Part shown: positions 46,201-55,437 of the stretch, piece by piece
Position numbering within the stretch: the stretch's first letter is position 1
Layout of the letters: every line of letters starts with the position of its first letter
Notes under the pieces: generated by a model
Told to the model about the DNA's origin: nothing
The model's database searches: none
What the model saw: only the letters and a program-made list of their open reading frames with translations
Made by a program: the position numbers and the translations under genes
Assembly (NCBI GenBank): GCA_029351405.1
Contig: GCA_029351405.1_4841.1
Source of the DNA: Escherichia coli
GTDB taxonomy: Bacteria > Pseudomonadota > Gammaproteobacteria > Enterobacterales > Enterobacteriaceae
Length of the DNA stretch: 64,000 nt
Reading direction: 5' to 3' (one strand)

Positions 46201-48061
46201 TGAAGTTAGAGGTGACGTCAGCACCATTTGCGTTCTTCACGCTGACCAGCTTGTAGCCGTCGTGGTTCCCAAGTTGTGCGCTGGCTGTCTCAGTAAACGT
46301 TACAGTCTCGGTGGCTTCGGTAACAGTCTTGGTCTTGATCGTCGCTGTGGTGCGGACCATCAATGCCAACAGGTTGATAGACTGGTTGGCATACCCCGCG
46401 CCCAGGGAAATCTGCAGTGCTGAACCAACCGGAGTACCAGCCAGGGACAGCCCCGAAGAGATATCAAACTGAGCTGCAGTGCCATCTGCTTTCGCTGCGG
46501 AGTACAGTGAAAACTCAGGGCTGAAGCTGTAACCCAGAGGAGCAGAAATTGAGCCTGCACCAGCAGCGTTCAACGTGATCTTGTTTGACCGCAGGACGGT
46601 GTAGTTGATGTCGATGGTGCCTGTAGGTGCTAGGGTCTTCACACCAAATACAGGCAGAGGGAAGATCAGGTCAATTGCTGAACTCTGACTGAACTGATTG
46701 GACTCCAGTTCACAAGAGAACATCGTTGTACCACTTTCTTCATAAGCGACTTTGGTCACCGTGCCCATGTCCCCAGTCACAACCAGGTCGCGCATATACA
46801 GACGGAATTCAGTACCGGAGCGCTCTGCCGAAATCAACAGGGCGGTGGCCTGCACATCGCTGGATGCGTTCAGGAACTTGTAGCGGATTGTGCGGGAGAC
46901 AACCGGAACCCCTTTGGAGTTCTTGGACACCAGATAGTTGCCAGTCGAAACAGCCACAGGATTGTTGTTCAGGATATCAGTGTCACGGGCTTTGTCAATT
47001 ATGACCAGCTCTTCGCCGAGGTTTTCGATACGACGACCACGAACGTAGGAAATGCCTGGCTTCATAACCGCCACGAATTTGCTTTCATCACCACCTTCAG
47101 CCGGAGTGTAAACGCCGCCGTTGTTGTTATCTTTCAGATGTTCGCGTAGGTCGATCTGGTGGGTAGAGACGTTGTAATCCCCGTTGGTCTCATAGGTACG
47201 CTGAGCCATGGCGTCTTCGAGGATGTTGTATGTTGACTGGGTGACCATGGACTGAATGCGACCGTCTTTCACCTTCGCCAGTTCAACGAAGTCGGCCACT
47301 TCTTCATCATAACCGTAGCGAGACAACACGAGGTCGACGCGTAGGCGATGCGCACCAGGGGCTTTAGAGTTCGGAGTACCCTGAGCATTGGAGAACAGAC
47401 TTTCATCTTCTGCTTCGGTCACGATTGTTTCTGTAACTTTGAAGCCAATGCGGTGAGATGTAGAGTTCGATGCGTTGTCTACGATCAAAGTGGTTGGTTC
47501 AACATCCAGGAACATACCACGAACGAAATAAACACCCTTTGTCATGCGAGCGACAATCGAACCACCAACAGTATCGGCCACACCATAGCCGACACGGATG
47601 AAGTTATCGTTCACGTCATAGGTGTTGAAGTACAGATTGTCGCCAGCTTCGAAACCGTCTGAACTACCACTCTCAGTCATCTCTAAGATGGCATACATTG
47701 TATCCGGCTCAGCTGGGTAACGTTCCAGAGACAGGACGCGTGCTTTCGCATTGTTGTCCTTGCCCAGAACATAGAGTTCGGAGATACCTTCCAGATCAGT
47801 GAATTCACTACCACCAGCCAGAGTGAACTTCATGGACACAGCAGTGTTGGTGATCGTCAGGCCGCCGGGGATAACCATTGAACCGTCTTTGAACAGATGG
47901 TTGCCAAGTTTCTCCAGTTGATCCTGGAAGATAGTCTGCATCTGGTTCAGTTCACGAGTCTGAACTTTGATAGGTGCCGGACGGAACAGGATGCGTGAAA
48001 AACGCTTCTCTGGATTCCAGTCATCCCAATATGGGCGGCGGTTGAGGTTCATTTCTTGCAT
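43223..48061 (-). CDS. large virion structural protein (1612 aa), probably baseplate/tail-associated
   Basis: Single uninterrupted 4.8-kb ORF with GGAG RBS and late-promoter motif upstream; lies between the neck genes and the tailspike genes; family not identifiable by eye. Confidence 0.65.
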   Translation of the reverse strand: MQEMNLNRRPYWDDWNPEKRFSRILFRPAPIKVQTRELNQMQTIFQDQLEKLGNHLFKDGSMVIPGGLTITNTAVSMKFTLAGGSEFTDLEGISELYVLGKDNNAKARVLSLERYPAEPDTMYAILEMTESGSSDGFEAGDNLYFNTYDVNDNFIRVGYGVADTVGGSIVARMTKGVYFVRGMFLDVEPTTLIVDNASNSTSHRIGFKVTETIVTEAEDESLFSNAQGTPNSKAPGAHRLRVDLVLSRYGYDEEVADFVELAKVKDGRIQSMVTQSTYNILEDAMAQRTYETNGDYNVSTHQIDLREHLKDNNNGGVYTPAEGGDESKFVAVMKPGISYVRGRRIENLGEELVIIDKARDTDILNNNPVAVSTGNYLVSKNSKGVPVVSRTIRYKFLNASSDVQATALLISAERSGTEFRLYMRDLVVTGDMGTVTKVAYEESGTTMFSCELESNQFSQSSAIDLIFPLPVFGVKTLAPTGTIDINYTVLRSNKITLNAAGAGSISAPLGYSFSPEFSLYSAAKADGTAAQFDISSGLSLAGTPVGSALQISLGAGYANQSINLLALMVRTTATIKTKTVTEATETVTFTETASAQLGNHDGYKLVSVKNANGADVTSNFTLDGGQRDAAYYLSNLISSTGAISGTFTVVYQYFAHSSGDFFTADSYSSINYPDIPNYVSSSSGTVYGLADSLDFRPKITSGASDTDMVRPNTAIILDAEYYLPRIDAVYLADNGVFNVARGVSSNNLASPAIPDNGMRLYELMIPPYTANIDDIQIRTIDNRRYTMRDIGKLETRISNVEYYTSLSQLESSAMTQQVFDPITGNPRFKNGIAADPFKDFRLIDDLSADWVGSIDTDNGRLRPFVQQNAIDLTPVGWNNVQDGMVVCNYTREISVRQDYATTTINVNPYAVFNWEGFLKLNPTTDYWFENYYVTPRVINETINTRGAIKEGSVYGTWRTVSVSERVWEPHGAGGVWWGYRYRTTVSTRDITTYTYTDRTTTTLTGEQIVETQVIPYMRKTNINFEATGLRPFTRVYPFFSGRDVSAYCTPNGGVLGGALNTDANGNIKGVFAVPQNETIKFNTGDNVFRLTDSPVDSKSADDTLTNAEAVHKSFGKKQGIQKTYVNTRVLGYTATKSTENKTETVEVAKWKDPIAQSFMVATNIGGEYIEGIEVFFSTKSRDIPITLEIREMSNGLPATTVVTRKTLNPSEVSISTDSSVPTMFKFDYPVYLQAQTEFAIVLLANTQDYNAYIAEMGKKNLLTNEFIAKQPYTGVFFTSSNGTTWTPNQTADMKFRVYRCNFSAGSNIVTFDAKVGPKIRPLGLNTVKCVNGSSTVTVYAPGHGLTAGESVTLSGLTGGCGFTPEQLNARHTVTDATFTTFKFVLSSNADSDGQIGGEAASFLGNYLVDMFYASVTNSALEGSVLKLEYRYRDATSNSFSDWVEFESDTDVSLPTEGIYRQVGDFQVRATMTRNESNVYTAPMIDGDDFTIIFNTYGVDPFEDVFSYVTKDIGFDNPCTTLKQYFGAMLPSQSSMTVQVKLLRAGQEMDNVAWETVTPTSPLVNDGSTFFEYEYDKTVDSTNPFVGLKIRLLVRGNRTAPPSFKDFRLIALA

Positions 48062-48094
48062 TTTGATGCTCCATCGATAGGTGCCATTATAGAG

Positions 48095-48102
48095 ATATTT
48101 AG
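48095..48102 (-). promoter_or_regulatory. late-promoter-like motif CTAAATAT
   Basis: About 35 nt upstream of the 1612-aa gene start at 48061. Confidence 0.45.
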
Positions 48103-48483
48103 TATACAGCCAACCGAGGAATAGAAAGAAATAAGCCCGAAGGGGCTTTGTTTATCTTTCTGCGGTTATGGTCATGGATTCGAGACCTCTGCCATTTGTG
48201 GTGGTACAGCCAGGGAATGGAGAACGCAAACAAGACGAACCAATGGAACCACAGTAGTAGGTTCAGACGCTAGTGTTAAGGTACAAGGTACGGACATTGC
48301 TAACAGAGACAACGTATTGGCTACTTACACACTTGGTTCTACAGACCCTTTCATGGTGGATGGTGTTCAGTTGGGTATGTTTAATATATATCTGGACAAG
48401 TAATCACCTTAACAGCAGTATCGGTTAGGGTAATGCAAACAGTAAACTCTATATAAAAAGTATTATTAATATGTAAATAATAA

Positions 48484-48499
48484 CCCCGCCGAAGCGGGG
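48484..48499 (-). terminator. hairpin CCCCGC-CGAA-GCGGGG (after the first tailspike gene)
   Basis: Third copy of the same hairpin. Confidence 0.55.
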
Positions 48500-48505
48500 T
48501 TATTA

Positions 48506-50455
48506 TTATCCAATAACAGTCCCATCAGTAAGGCTTGTTGGCGGGGAACCAAATTTACGTACTAACTGATTTGATGAGTTTTTAAACAAATAGAATTTAC
48601 TACCAAACTCCATACATGGAATACCCGTTCCCGTGGTAGTAGCCAGACCCATGTTGGTAGCGATGTATGCTTTGCCATCTAAATTGATGGCGTTATTAAC
48701 GTTGTTTACACCGTGATAGTTACTAATAGAGCTTACCCAATCTGATGCTGTGGTTTTCGGGTTAATAACGTTCATAGCATTCGAAGATGCGGTTAGCGTG
48801 TCTATACGTAAGTTATCAATAGTAAATTTCCCGTAGTTGTCTATGGTGAATGCAGTTGCTGGATTACGTATATCAATGTTACGCCCTACAAACTCACTAA
48901 TGTTCTTTATTCTCGGAGCGGTTTTAACTCCGGTCAAGGTGCAAGTATAGTTCTCGACTTTGACGACCCCAAAGGTATCTCCTCCGTTAGTCGTGTTTAT
49001 ACTGAGAGCATTCTGCACGTTTTCACTTGTTACATTTAAAATTTTAGCATCAATTACGCCAGAGTTCTCAATATTAACGTCAGCGTTAGCACCGTTTATG
49101 TACACACCATCGAGTGTAGCTTTACGAGTAAGTGGAGAGTTGCTCGGATACATGCTAATGATAACCCCCATCGTATTATGACGAACTGATGGGTTATCTT
49201 CATCCTCTACCGTATTCTGGTGATAGATTCTTGTACCTTGCCCTATGTACACGTCATAGCTTCCAGATAGACGCATACCCCACTTGCCTTTCTTACTCCC
49301 GATATTGTTGCAATATGCACCGAGAACAACCCCAGACGATATCTGGAATACAGGGCTGCCGTCAGAATTGTCTTCAGAGGTCATCAATATTGGCTCTCTC
49401 CAGCGGGATACCTGATATGACCCGCCGATTACCTTGAAGTTAGCGGTACTGTAGAAGGCCATGCCGTTACGGTCAGTATCATAAGTGCGACAACGCGTCA
49501 CCTGCACATCAGTACAGAACTTAAACATTATCCCTGGCTGGCCGCCACGAGAACCATAAGCATTAATTACCGAGCAGTCAGTTAATTTAATGCGGGTGGC
49601 CTGGTGAAACCAGAAACCATTAAATGTTGACGTATCTACTGTCGTGTCCCACGTCACATTAGACTTATTACCATCAATAACAAGTCCATTTACGATGATA
49701 TCATAATGCTCAGGATTACCTGCGTCATAAGTATAAGCCTTACGGTTAGTTATCCCGGTGGAAATGCTTGGGTAGTGACCGGGTTTTAATTTTAGCGTAC
49801 ATCCATAAGCATTAATTGTTGTGCCAGGCTTAACAATTAAAGGCGTACCATCCCAGTAAAGTGTACGGGCTGGGAAAGTTACATGTGTTGCTCCAGAGTT
49901 TAGTGCCTCTTGTATAGCTGCCGTGTGGTCAGTTGCCGATTCCATTGATGAAGTAATGAACATGTCAACAGATACATATACACCATAAGTGACACCGACG
50001 CTAACCCACGCCCCTAATTTAATCTCACCTGTGCTATTTGGGGTTGAACCAGGGTAAACAATTTTAGGTAACTCACCATCCCAGCGATATTTACCACCCC
50101 CATGGGTAAGTATTTCATTCTTAGTGTTAATGGTAGCACCTGTAATAAAGGAACCAGTAACAGTTACAAACTCTTCTCGTTCTACAGCCAGTTCACCCAA
50201 ATCAACAGTACCCTCAGAATGAACCAGGACTGCTTGCGCACTAAGGCTAACAGCAGTGGTTCCTACTGGAAGTACAGGTAATGAGTAAGCACGCTGAGTA
50301 GCCTTATCATAGATTACTTTATAACCACCCAAGTCTACACCTACAGAAAAATAGACTACTTCGTTCTGCTTAACACCAAACTTACGGGCAATGGCTTGCT
50401 TATTGGTAAGAATACCAGTAGAGCCTTTACCGCCTTGTGAGAACATTTCGTTCAT
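48506..50455 (-). CDS. tailspike protein (649 aa) with beta-helix-type repeats
   Basis: N-terminus MNEMFSQGGKGSTGILTNKQAIARKFGV; Asn/Gly/Thr/Val-rich coils in the body; hairpin terminator downstream; AT-rich distal part. Confidence 0.7.
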   Translation of the reverse strand: MNEMFSQGGKGSTGILTNKQAIARKFGVKQNEVVYFSVGVDLGGYKVIYDKATQRAYSLPVLPVGTTAVSLSAQAVLVHSEGTVDLGELAVEREEFVTVTGSFITGATINTKNEILTHGGGKYRWDGELPKIVYPGSTPNSTGEIKLGAWVSVGVTYGVYVSVDMFITSSMESATDHTAAIQEALNSGATHVTFPARTLYWDGTPLIVKPGTTINAYGCTLKLKPGHYPSISTGITNRKAYTYDAGNPEHYDIIVNGLVIDGNKSNVTWDTTVDTSTFNGFWFHQATRIKLTDCSVINAYGSRGGQPGIMFKFCTDVQVTRCRTYDTDRNGMAFYSTANFKVIGGSYQVSRWREPILMTSEDNSDGSPVFQISSGVVLGAYCNNIGSKKGKWGMRLSGSYDVYIGQGTRIYHQNTVEDEDNPSVRHNTMGVIISMYPSNSPLTRKATLDGVYINGANADVNIENSGVIDAKILNVTSENVQNALSINTTNGGDTFGVVKVENYTCTLTGVKTAPRIKNISEFVGRNIDIRNPATAFTIDNYGKFTIDNLRIDTLTASSNAMNVINPKTTASDWVSSISNYHGVNNVNNAINLDGKAYIATNMGLATTTGTGIPCMEFGSKFYLFKNSSNQLVRKFGSPPTSLTDGTVIG

Positions 50456-50479
50456 ATAAACCTCTTTGTTTTTCTAAGA

Positions 50480-50501
50480 ACCCACCCACTTACGAGGGTG
50501 G
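50480..50501 (-). terminator. hairpin CCCACCC-ACTTACGA-GGGTGGG between tailspike genes
   Basis: 7-bp GC-rich stem downstream of the 892-aa tailspike gene. Confidence 0.4.
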
Positions 50502-50513
50502 GGGAATGGTTGA

Positions 50514-53177
50514 TTAGCTTAAGGGTTTCAATTCCCAACGTTTGTCATAGTAATGTGCAAACCCGCAGTAGGATACAGACAGATGAACGATTGCATTTGT
50601 TAGGCTTGCTGTAGGCAATGCGATTCTAACAAATGTTTTACCGTCACGTACTAGTTTGGTTACAGTTACCCCGGAAAGGGATTTATCACCAGCAATCATA
50701 TTGGACCAAACTGCACCAGAGGCTACATTTTCCTGTGTGCTACCGGATAGCCCAAACAGAATACTGCCCCCAGTCTCTGTACCAGCCAAACCATTTTTGT
50801 TAACTGGAATGATATCTGCACGTCCTGCAACGAAGCAACCATCCGGAATTTTAGTCTCTTCCCCTACAGCACAAAGGAATATATCTAAAGCCCTGTTCCA
50901 TGGAACCAGTACAGTAGCTTCCTTGTGGTCAACACTTCTGAAGAAGGAATTACTATTAGAATGGATTGCTGACAAAGTAGTACCCGTGTACGAGTTACGA
51001 CCTTGTACAATATCTTCTCCATATACCCTGCCCCGGTAAAGGTTGCCACGGTTATATGTAGATATTGTGTAGGAACCATCGCTAACTTTTAAAAATTCAA
51101 AATTACTATTTAATGTAACACTACGCCCAATATACTGGTTGCTTGGAGAAGTGGTATTCTCCATCAATTTGATAGCATAGTCAGAGTTAACGTAACCACT
51201 GTCAAAAATAATCCTCCCAGCCTGATACTCATTAGCAGGCAACTCAATAAAATGAGTTACACCAGTATTCATTTTAGACTGAATCCAACAAGAAACATCT
51301 CTGAATACGATTGTTGTTTGTGCAGCAGGGGAGGCTAACTGTGAGAAGTCTAACGCCACTGGCCCGTTTATCCCTTCAATACCAAAACCAGAGAAAGAAA
51401 GGCTACGAATATCCCCATAGAATTTATGAGGTAAAATGCAACCATCTGCTGCAATGTTGCTGGTAGCAACATACATAACAGGCATTCCATTATTGGCTGG
51501 CTCGTATGTAGTACGATTAATGGCAGCTCCCCATAAAAAGCCAATGTCACAATGGTGTGCCCAAATAGATGACATATCCGTACTAGTGCTTCCATTGATA
51601 CCAAAACCATAGGTACAGTCATATGCATACAAATTGGTCATAACACTGACAAAGCAAGCCATAGGCAAAGCGAACTTATAGTGGTAAAAGTCCACGTCAT
51701 ACACATTAAATGTTTTACCACCACCACCTATGCCATTACTTAAGTCGAATGAACTAATAACAAGAGGGCTACCTACGTAATCAGAATCAGCATTACGGAA
51801 AGAAAGGCGACCAATAGTAATATTGTGTCCCCATCTGGTAGAGATGAATCCACCCTTACCTGATGTATAAATAATACTTTGTCTCTGACCAAGACCCGTA
51901 ATGGATAGAGATTTACCAGTCCAACGCTCATTACTAATATCAATCTGTGTATCACCAATATACATTGGTTGGGTAATTTTGATATTCAACCCATTAGCTA
52001 CAGCATATGAATATGTTGCTAACAAAGCATCCCCATCATTGTGTACACCAGACAGGTCAGCAGCCCCCATACTTGGTGCTTTAGGATAAGGTGTGCCTTG
52101 AATAGTACTCCCGTCAATATATGGAGCATCCATCCACGCACCAAACATAGATGGGGTAACTTCGGTGCTACCACGTAAATCACGTACCCAACGCTTGCCG
52201 GATGCAGTAACAATAGTCATACCATTGTCATCTGCTGATGTAACAGATGGTTTATATACAAAGTATCCACCACCCAAATCACCTGCATTGGTTGCAATCA
52301 TACCGTCAGTATGGGCTTCTACATAAATACGCTGTTCAGCATAAGTAGGCTCAATTGTTCGCAGTACTGCAATATTGGGGCATGTACCAATCAGCTTACT
52401 ACCATCAGGCTTACTCAGGTCTACCCTAAGACCAGCACCAGAATTAGGAATTTCCATCAAATCTACGGTAATGTTACCCGGGCTGTAGGTTAACTGACCA
52501 TTAGACACAGAACTAATATAGACATTGGTCGGTAATGAAGGCAGGCCATAAATTTTCTGAGAAGCTGCATCGAAGATAACTTTCTTACTATTGAGTACTT
52601 GAGATGTATCCGTACTAAGAATTACCTCAGAATCTTTTACATTAGCTGAACGGGCGATTTCTTGAATACTGCGGTCAAACAACGGACTGATATTCGGTTG
52701 TTTAACAGACATTTCAGCGACTACCCAAACGCCTGCAGTCAGCGCAGTTTGTAAAGACACTTTCCCTGTCGTGCTGTCATAGGAATATTCAATTTCGGGT
52801 GTTTTGTACTCACCACCGATATAAAGAGATTGGACTCCATAAGATGTGTAATCAGGAGTGAACTCGGTTTCACCTCCCACGGCCTGAAACTTGTAGATTC
52901 GAATCCCAGTTTTATAATCTTCTGGAGACAGAATCTTATCAAACAGACAGAACACAACGTCACCTTTGGATAATGCACACCCGAGATTCAACGTATTTCC
53001 ATCGATTTCAAAGTTGTCTAACGGAACTTGCATACCACCGTTGATTGTGACTATACCAGTGATAGGGTAGAAAGGGAGGGAGATAAACTTCTCTCCGCCC
53101 GTTGCGGTATAAGTGTATGGAATCTGGTGCGGGGCTGTTACAACCGCTCCAAAAATGCTCTCGACGTTTCTGGTCAT
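50514..53177 (-). CDS. tailspike protein (about 890 aa)
   Basis: ATG 53177 (alternative 53192) after the 39-nt leader repeat; long parallel-beta-helix-like body; central and C-terminal parts about 30-35% GC. Confidence 0.7.
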   Translation of the reverse strand: MTRNVESIFGAVVTAPHQIPYTYTATGGEKFISLPFYPITGIVTINGGMQVPLDNFEIDGNTLNLGCALSKGDVVFCLFDKILSPEDYKTGIRIYKFQAVGGETEFTPDYTSYGVQSLYIGGEYKTPEIEYSYDSTTGKVSLQTALTAGVWVVAEMSVKQPNISPLFDRSIQEIARSANVKDSEVILSTDTSQVLNSKKVIFDAASQKIYGLPSLPTNVYISSVSNGQLTYSPGNITVDLMEIPNSGAGLRVDLSKPDGSKLIGTCPNIAVLRTIEPTYAEQRIYVEAHTDGMIATNAGDLGGGYFVYKPSVTSADDNGMTIVTASGKRWVRDLRGSTEVTPSMFGAWMDAPYIDGSTIQGTPYPKAPSMGAADLSGVHNDGDALLATYSYAVANGLNIKITQPMYIGDTQIDISNERWTGKSLSITGLGQRQSIIYTSGKGGFISTRWGHNITIGRLSFRNADSDYVGSPLVISSFDLSNGIGGGGKTFNVYDVDFYHYKFALPMACFVSVMTNLYAYDCTYGFGINGSTSTDMSSIWAHHCDIGFLWGAAINRTTYEPANNGMPVMYVATSNIAADGCILPHKFYGDIRSLSFSGFGIEGINGPVALDFSQLASPAAQTTIVFRDVSCWIQSKMNTGVTHFIELPANEYQAGRIIFDSGYVNSDYAIKLMENTTSPSNQYIGRSVTLNSNFEFLKVSDGSYTISTYNRGNLYRGRVYGEDIVQGRNSYTGTTLSAIHSNSNSFFRSVDHKEATVLVPWNRALDIFLCAVGEETKIPDGCFVAGRADIIPVNKNGLAGTETGGSILFGLSGSTQENVASGAVWSNMIAGDKSLSGVTVTKLVRDGKTFVRIALPTASLTNAIVHLSVSYCGFAHYYDKRWELKPLS

Positions 53178-53184
53178 TTGAAGA

Positions 53185-53223
53185 TACCCCATAGAGGATT
53201 TGCCAATATGGGGTATTTAGTGA
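53185..53223 (-). repeat. 39-nt leader repeat, copy A
   Basis: TACCCCATAGAGGATTTGCCAATATGGGGTATTTAGTGA, identical to 55365-55403; contains the late-promoter motif and inverted repeat CCCCATA/TATGGGG. Confidence 0.8.
53211..53220 (-). promoter_or_regulatory. late-promoter-like motif CTAAATACCC within the 39-nt leader repeat
   Basis: Upstream of the tailspike gene starting at 53177. Confidence 0.5.
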
Positions 53224-53256
53224 ATGGATAAGGAGTCGCAGGACTACCCACTTGTT

Positions 53257-55359
53257 TTATCTGATTACGAATTTGCCCAGGCTAATATCGTTAATCAGCG
53301 TAGCCACTATGTTTGCCAGTTGGGGTGTTGTTAACGTATTCACATCGCCGCCGCGTAAAGTACCTGCGTTTGTAAACGGATACGCTTGCGGTCGTTCACT
53401 GTTGAAGAACTGGTTCCCCTGCTCGTACCTGTGAGCTGGTACAGTTGTATAAAGTATTCCGTTCGTTGTAACAGGCACCGAGCAGTTGACAATGTTCACA
53501 TGACCAGCCACACCAACACATTCAATAGGACGCTCAACCGTACCGAATGGCTGAACACCCACAAGGCGGTTTATGTTCAGGCTCTGTGATGCCTGCGCAT
53601 ACAGATAAGAACTAGGCTTACCATTAATACCACGAATGTTCCAGTTATCTACTTCAATATGCCGTGCATTATGAATCTGACATAGTGCTGTTCCGTCTGT
53701 ATCAGGGGATGCACCAACAATACGCACGTTCTTCATAGTGATGTCTGAAGTCGCTGTTGAGTTCGCCCCGCAGTTAATCATAACAGCTTTAGAACCTGGT
53801 TGTGTGCAGTGGATTGTCAACCCATCGAATTCAATATCCCCTAGATTTACCGTGTGAGAGGAGCCATCCTTACGCAAAAAGAACACGGCCCAATCTGTGT
53901 GGCCTGATATTAAGATATTACTAAATCGCAGGCGTGTGCAGACTACCGGATAATATCGGCAGAGGATTGGCTGTGAGCAATTCTTGATTATGATGTTGTC
54001 ATACGTCACATCGCTTGAACCTTCAATGGCAATTCCAGCGTTACAAGCCTCAATATAAACCCCAGTTACGCTTCCGTTTGTAAAGTTTGCACGGATGCCG
54101 TGTGATTCGCAGTTCTTGATTGTTACATTACTGATGTTTACACGTGTAATTGCAGTACCATCACCACCGCCAACACCAGTTACCAAGTCATCAGACTGAA
54201 GACGAAGACCATTACCGCCAGAACCATTAATGCTGATGTCATGAATCATTACGTTAAGTGTGCGAGCTGGGCGAGCTGAATCCACAAATACAGAAGATGC
54301 CCATGTGGTTCTAGTACGGATATGATGGATATGTGCTTCTGTAGCGTTACCTACAATAATTGCCATGCCTTGACGATTGCTGCCGTCCGGCTGTTGGATT
54401 TTCCCACGTCCACAATCGTGTGAATACAGATTGTCAGCCAACGCCCAGCGACCATAATCCATTGTTACGTTACTGTTCCACGCACCTTGTAATTCACACC
54501 CTGAAAGCTCAAGCGTGCCAGCGGATTGCATAGCCAAACCAACACCAGGGTCAAATGACGCATCCTGACGGTAAAAATCAAACAAGAAATTACCGACGAT
54601 GCGTATATCGTAGGCAGTGTAGTCAAACTCCTGGTTTGTATCATTCCAAGTCCGTGGTGACCTTAGCCAAAACTGACGGGAATCAACAGTTACTTTTGGC
54701 AGAAGCGGTTTAAGCTGAATGTCTCCCTGAATCGTGAAGATCCCTTCAACTTTCACGGGAGAATACCCAATGTAAATATTACCAGCCTTTGGTAACAAAC
54801 GGGCAAGCTGTGCGTCATTCTGGGCGATCTTCCAACCCGTGATCACTTCGTTGAAGAATGATACTGGGTACAACTCATACACACCATTAATCGTGGTCTG
54901 ATCAAAACTGGTGACAGTCACGGGTTCCGTCAGAGAAGAACTCATCATCATCAGATTGCCATCAATTCTGACGAACATTACTCCTGACGGGATAATATCC
55001 CCGACGGCCAAGGAAAGATTATTTTCCGTGGGGAAACAAGTTCCGCCATAGTATCCTGGTGTCGCAACCTGGGAAGTTTCATCGTATTTCTTCCAGGCTT
55101 CTCCAGATATCCCACCAGTTGATTGCGGTGTTGAGTTTTTGTCTACAGTCTTGGGCAAAGACCCACCCCAGGTGTAACACTGGGCACCATTGACATGCCA
55201 CACGGCGTCAGTTGCAGACGCCACAGTAGCACCATCTTCAAAACTACCGTCAACCAAATTAAGGCCTAAATCCGACAAAGCCCGCCGCCACAATTCACGC
55301 GGGTTTTTGTTGATTTCTTTGGCTGTTGAACCTTTCGGCTGATTGAATTGCGGATTCAT
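53257..55359 (-). CDS. tailspike protein (about 700 aa)
   Basis: ATG 55359 after the second copy of the 39-nt leader; N-terminus MNPQFNQPKGSTAKEINK; NxTxxN beta-helix-like repeats. Confidence 0.7.
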   Translation of the reverse strand: MNPQFNQPKGSTAKEINKNPRELWRRALSDLGLNLVDGSFEDGATVASATDAVWHVNGAQCYTWGGSLPKTVDKNSTPQSTGGISGEAWKKYDETSQVATPGYYGGTCFPTENNLSLAVGDIIPSGVMFVRIDGNLMMMSSSLTEPVTVTSFDQTTINGVYELYPVSFFNEVITGWKIAQNDAQLARLLPKAGNIYIGYSPVKVEGIFTIQGDIQLKPLLPKVTVDSRQFWLRSPRTWNDTNQEFDYTAYDIRIVGNFLFDFYRQDASFDPGVGLAMQSAGTLELSGCELQGAWNSNVTMDYGRWALADNLYSHDCGRGKIQQPDGSNRQGMAIIVGNATEAHIHHIRTRTTWASSVFVDSARPARTLNVMIHDISINGSGGNGLRLQSDDLVTGVGGGDGTAITRVNISNVTIKNCESHGIRANFTNGSVTGVYIEACNAGIAIEGSSDVTYDNIIIKNCSQPILCRYYPVVCTRLRFSNILISGHTDWAVFFLRKDGSSHTVNLGDIEFDGLTIHCTQPGSKAVMINCGANSTATSDITMKNVRIVGASPDTDGTALCQIHNARHIEVDNWNIRGINGKPSSYLYAQASQSLNINRLVGVQPFGTVERPIECVGVAGHVNIVNCSVPVTTNGILYTTVPAHRYEQGNQFFNSERPQAYPFTNAGTLRGGDVNTLTTPQLANIVATLINDISLGKFVIR

Positions 55360-55364
55360 GATAA

Positions 55365-55403
55365 TACCCCATAGAGGATTTGCCAATATGGGGTATTTAG
55401 TGA
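55365..55403 (-). repeat. 39-nt leader repeat, copy B
   Basis: Identical to 53185-53223; 5 nt upstream of the tailspike start codon. Confidence 0.8.
55391..55400 (-). promoter_or_regulatory. late-promoter-like motif CTAAATACCC within the 39-nt leader repeat
   Basis: Upstream of the tailspike gene starting at 55359. Confidence 0.5.
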
Positions 55404-55437
55404 GATCAAGGAGCCTTATAACACTCTCTTCATAGTG

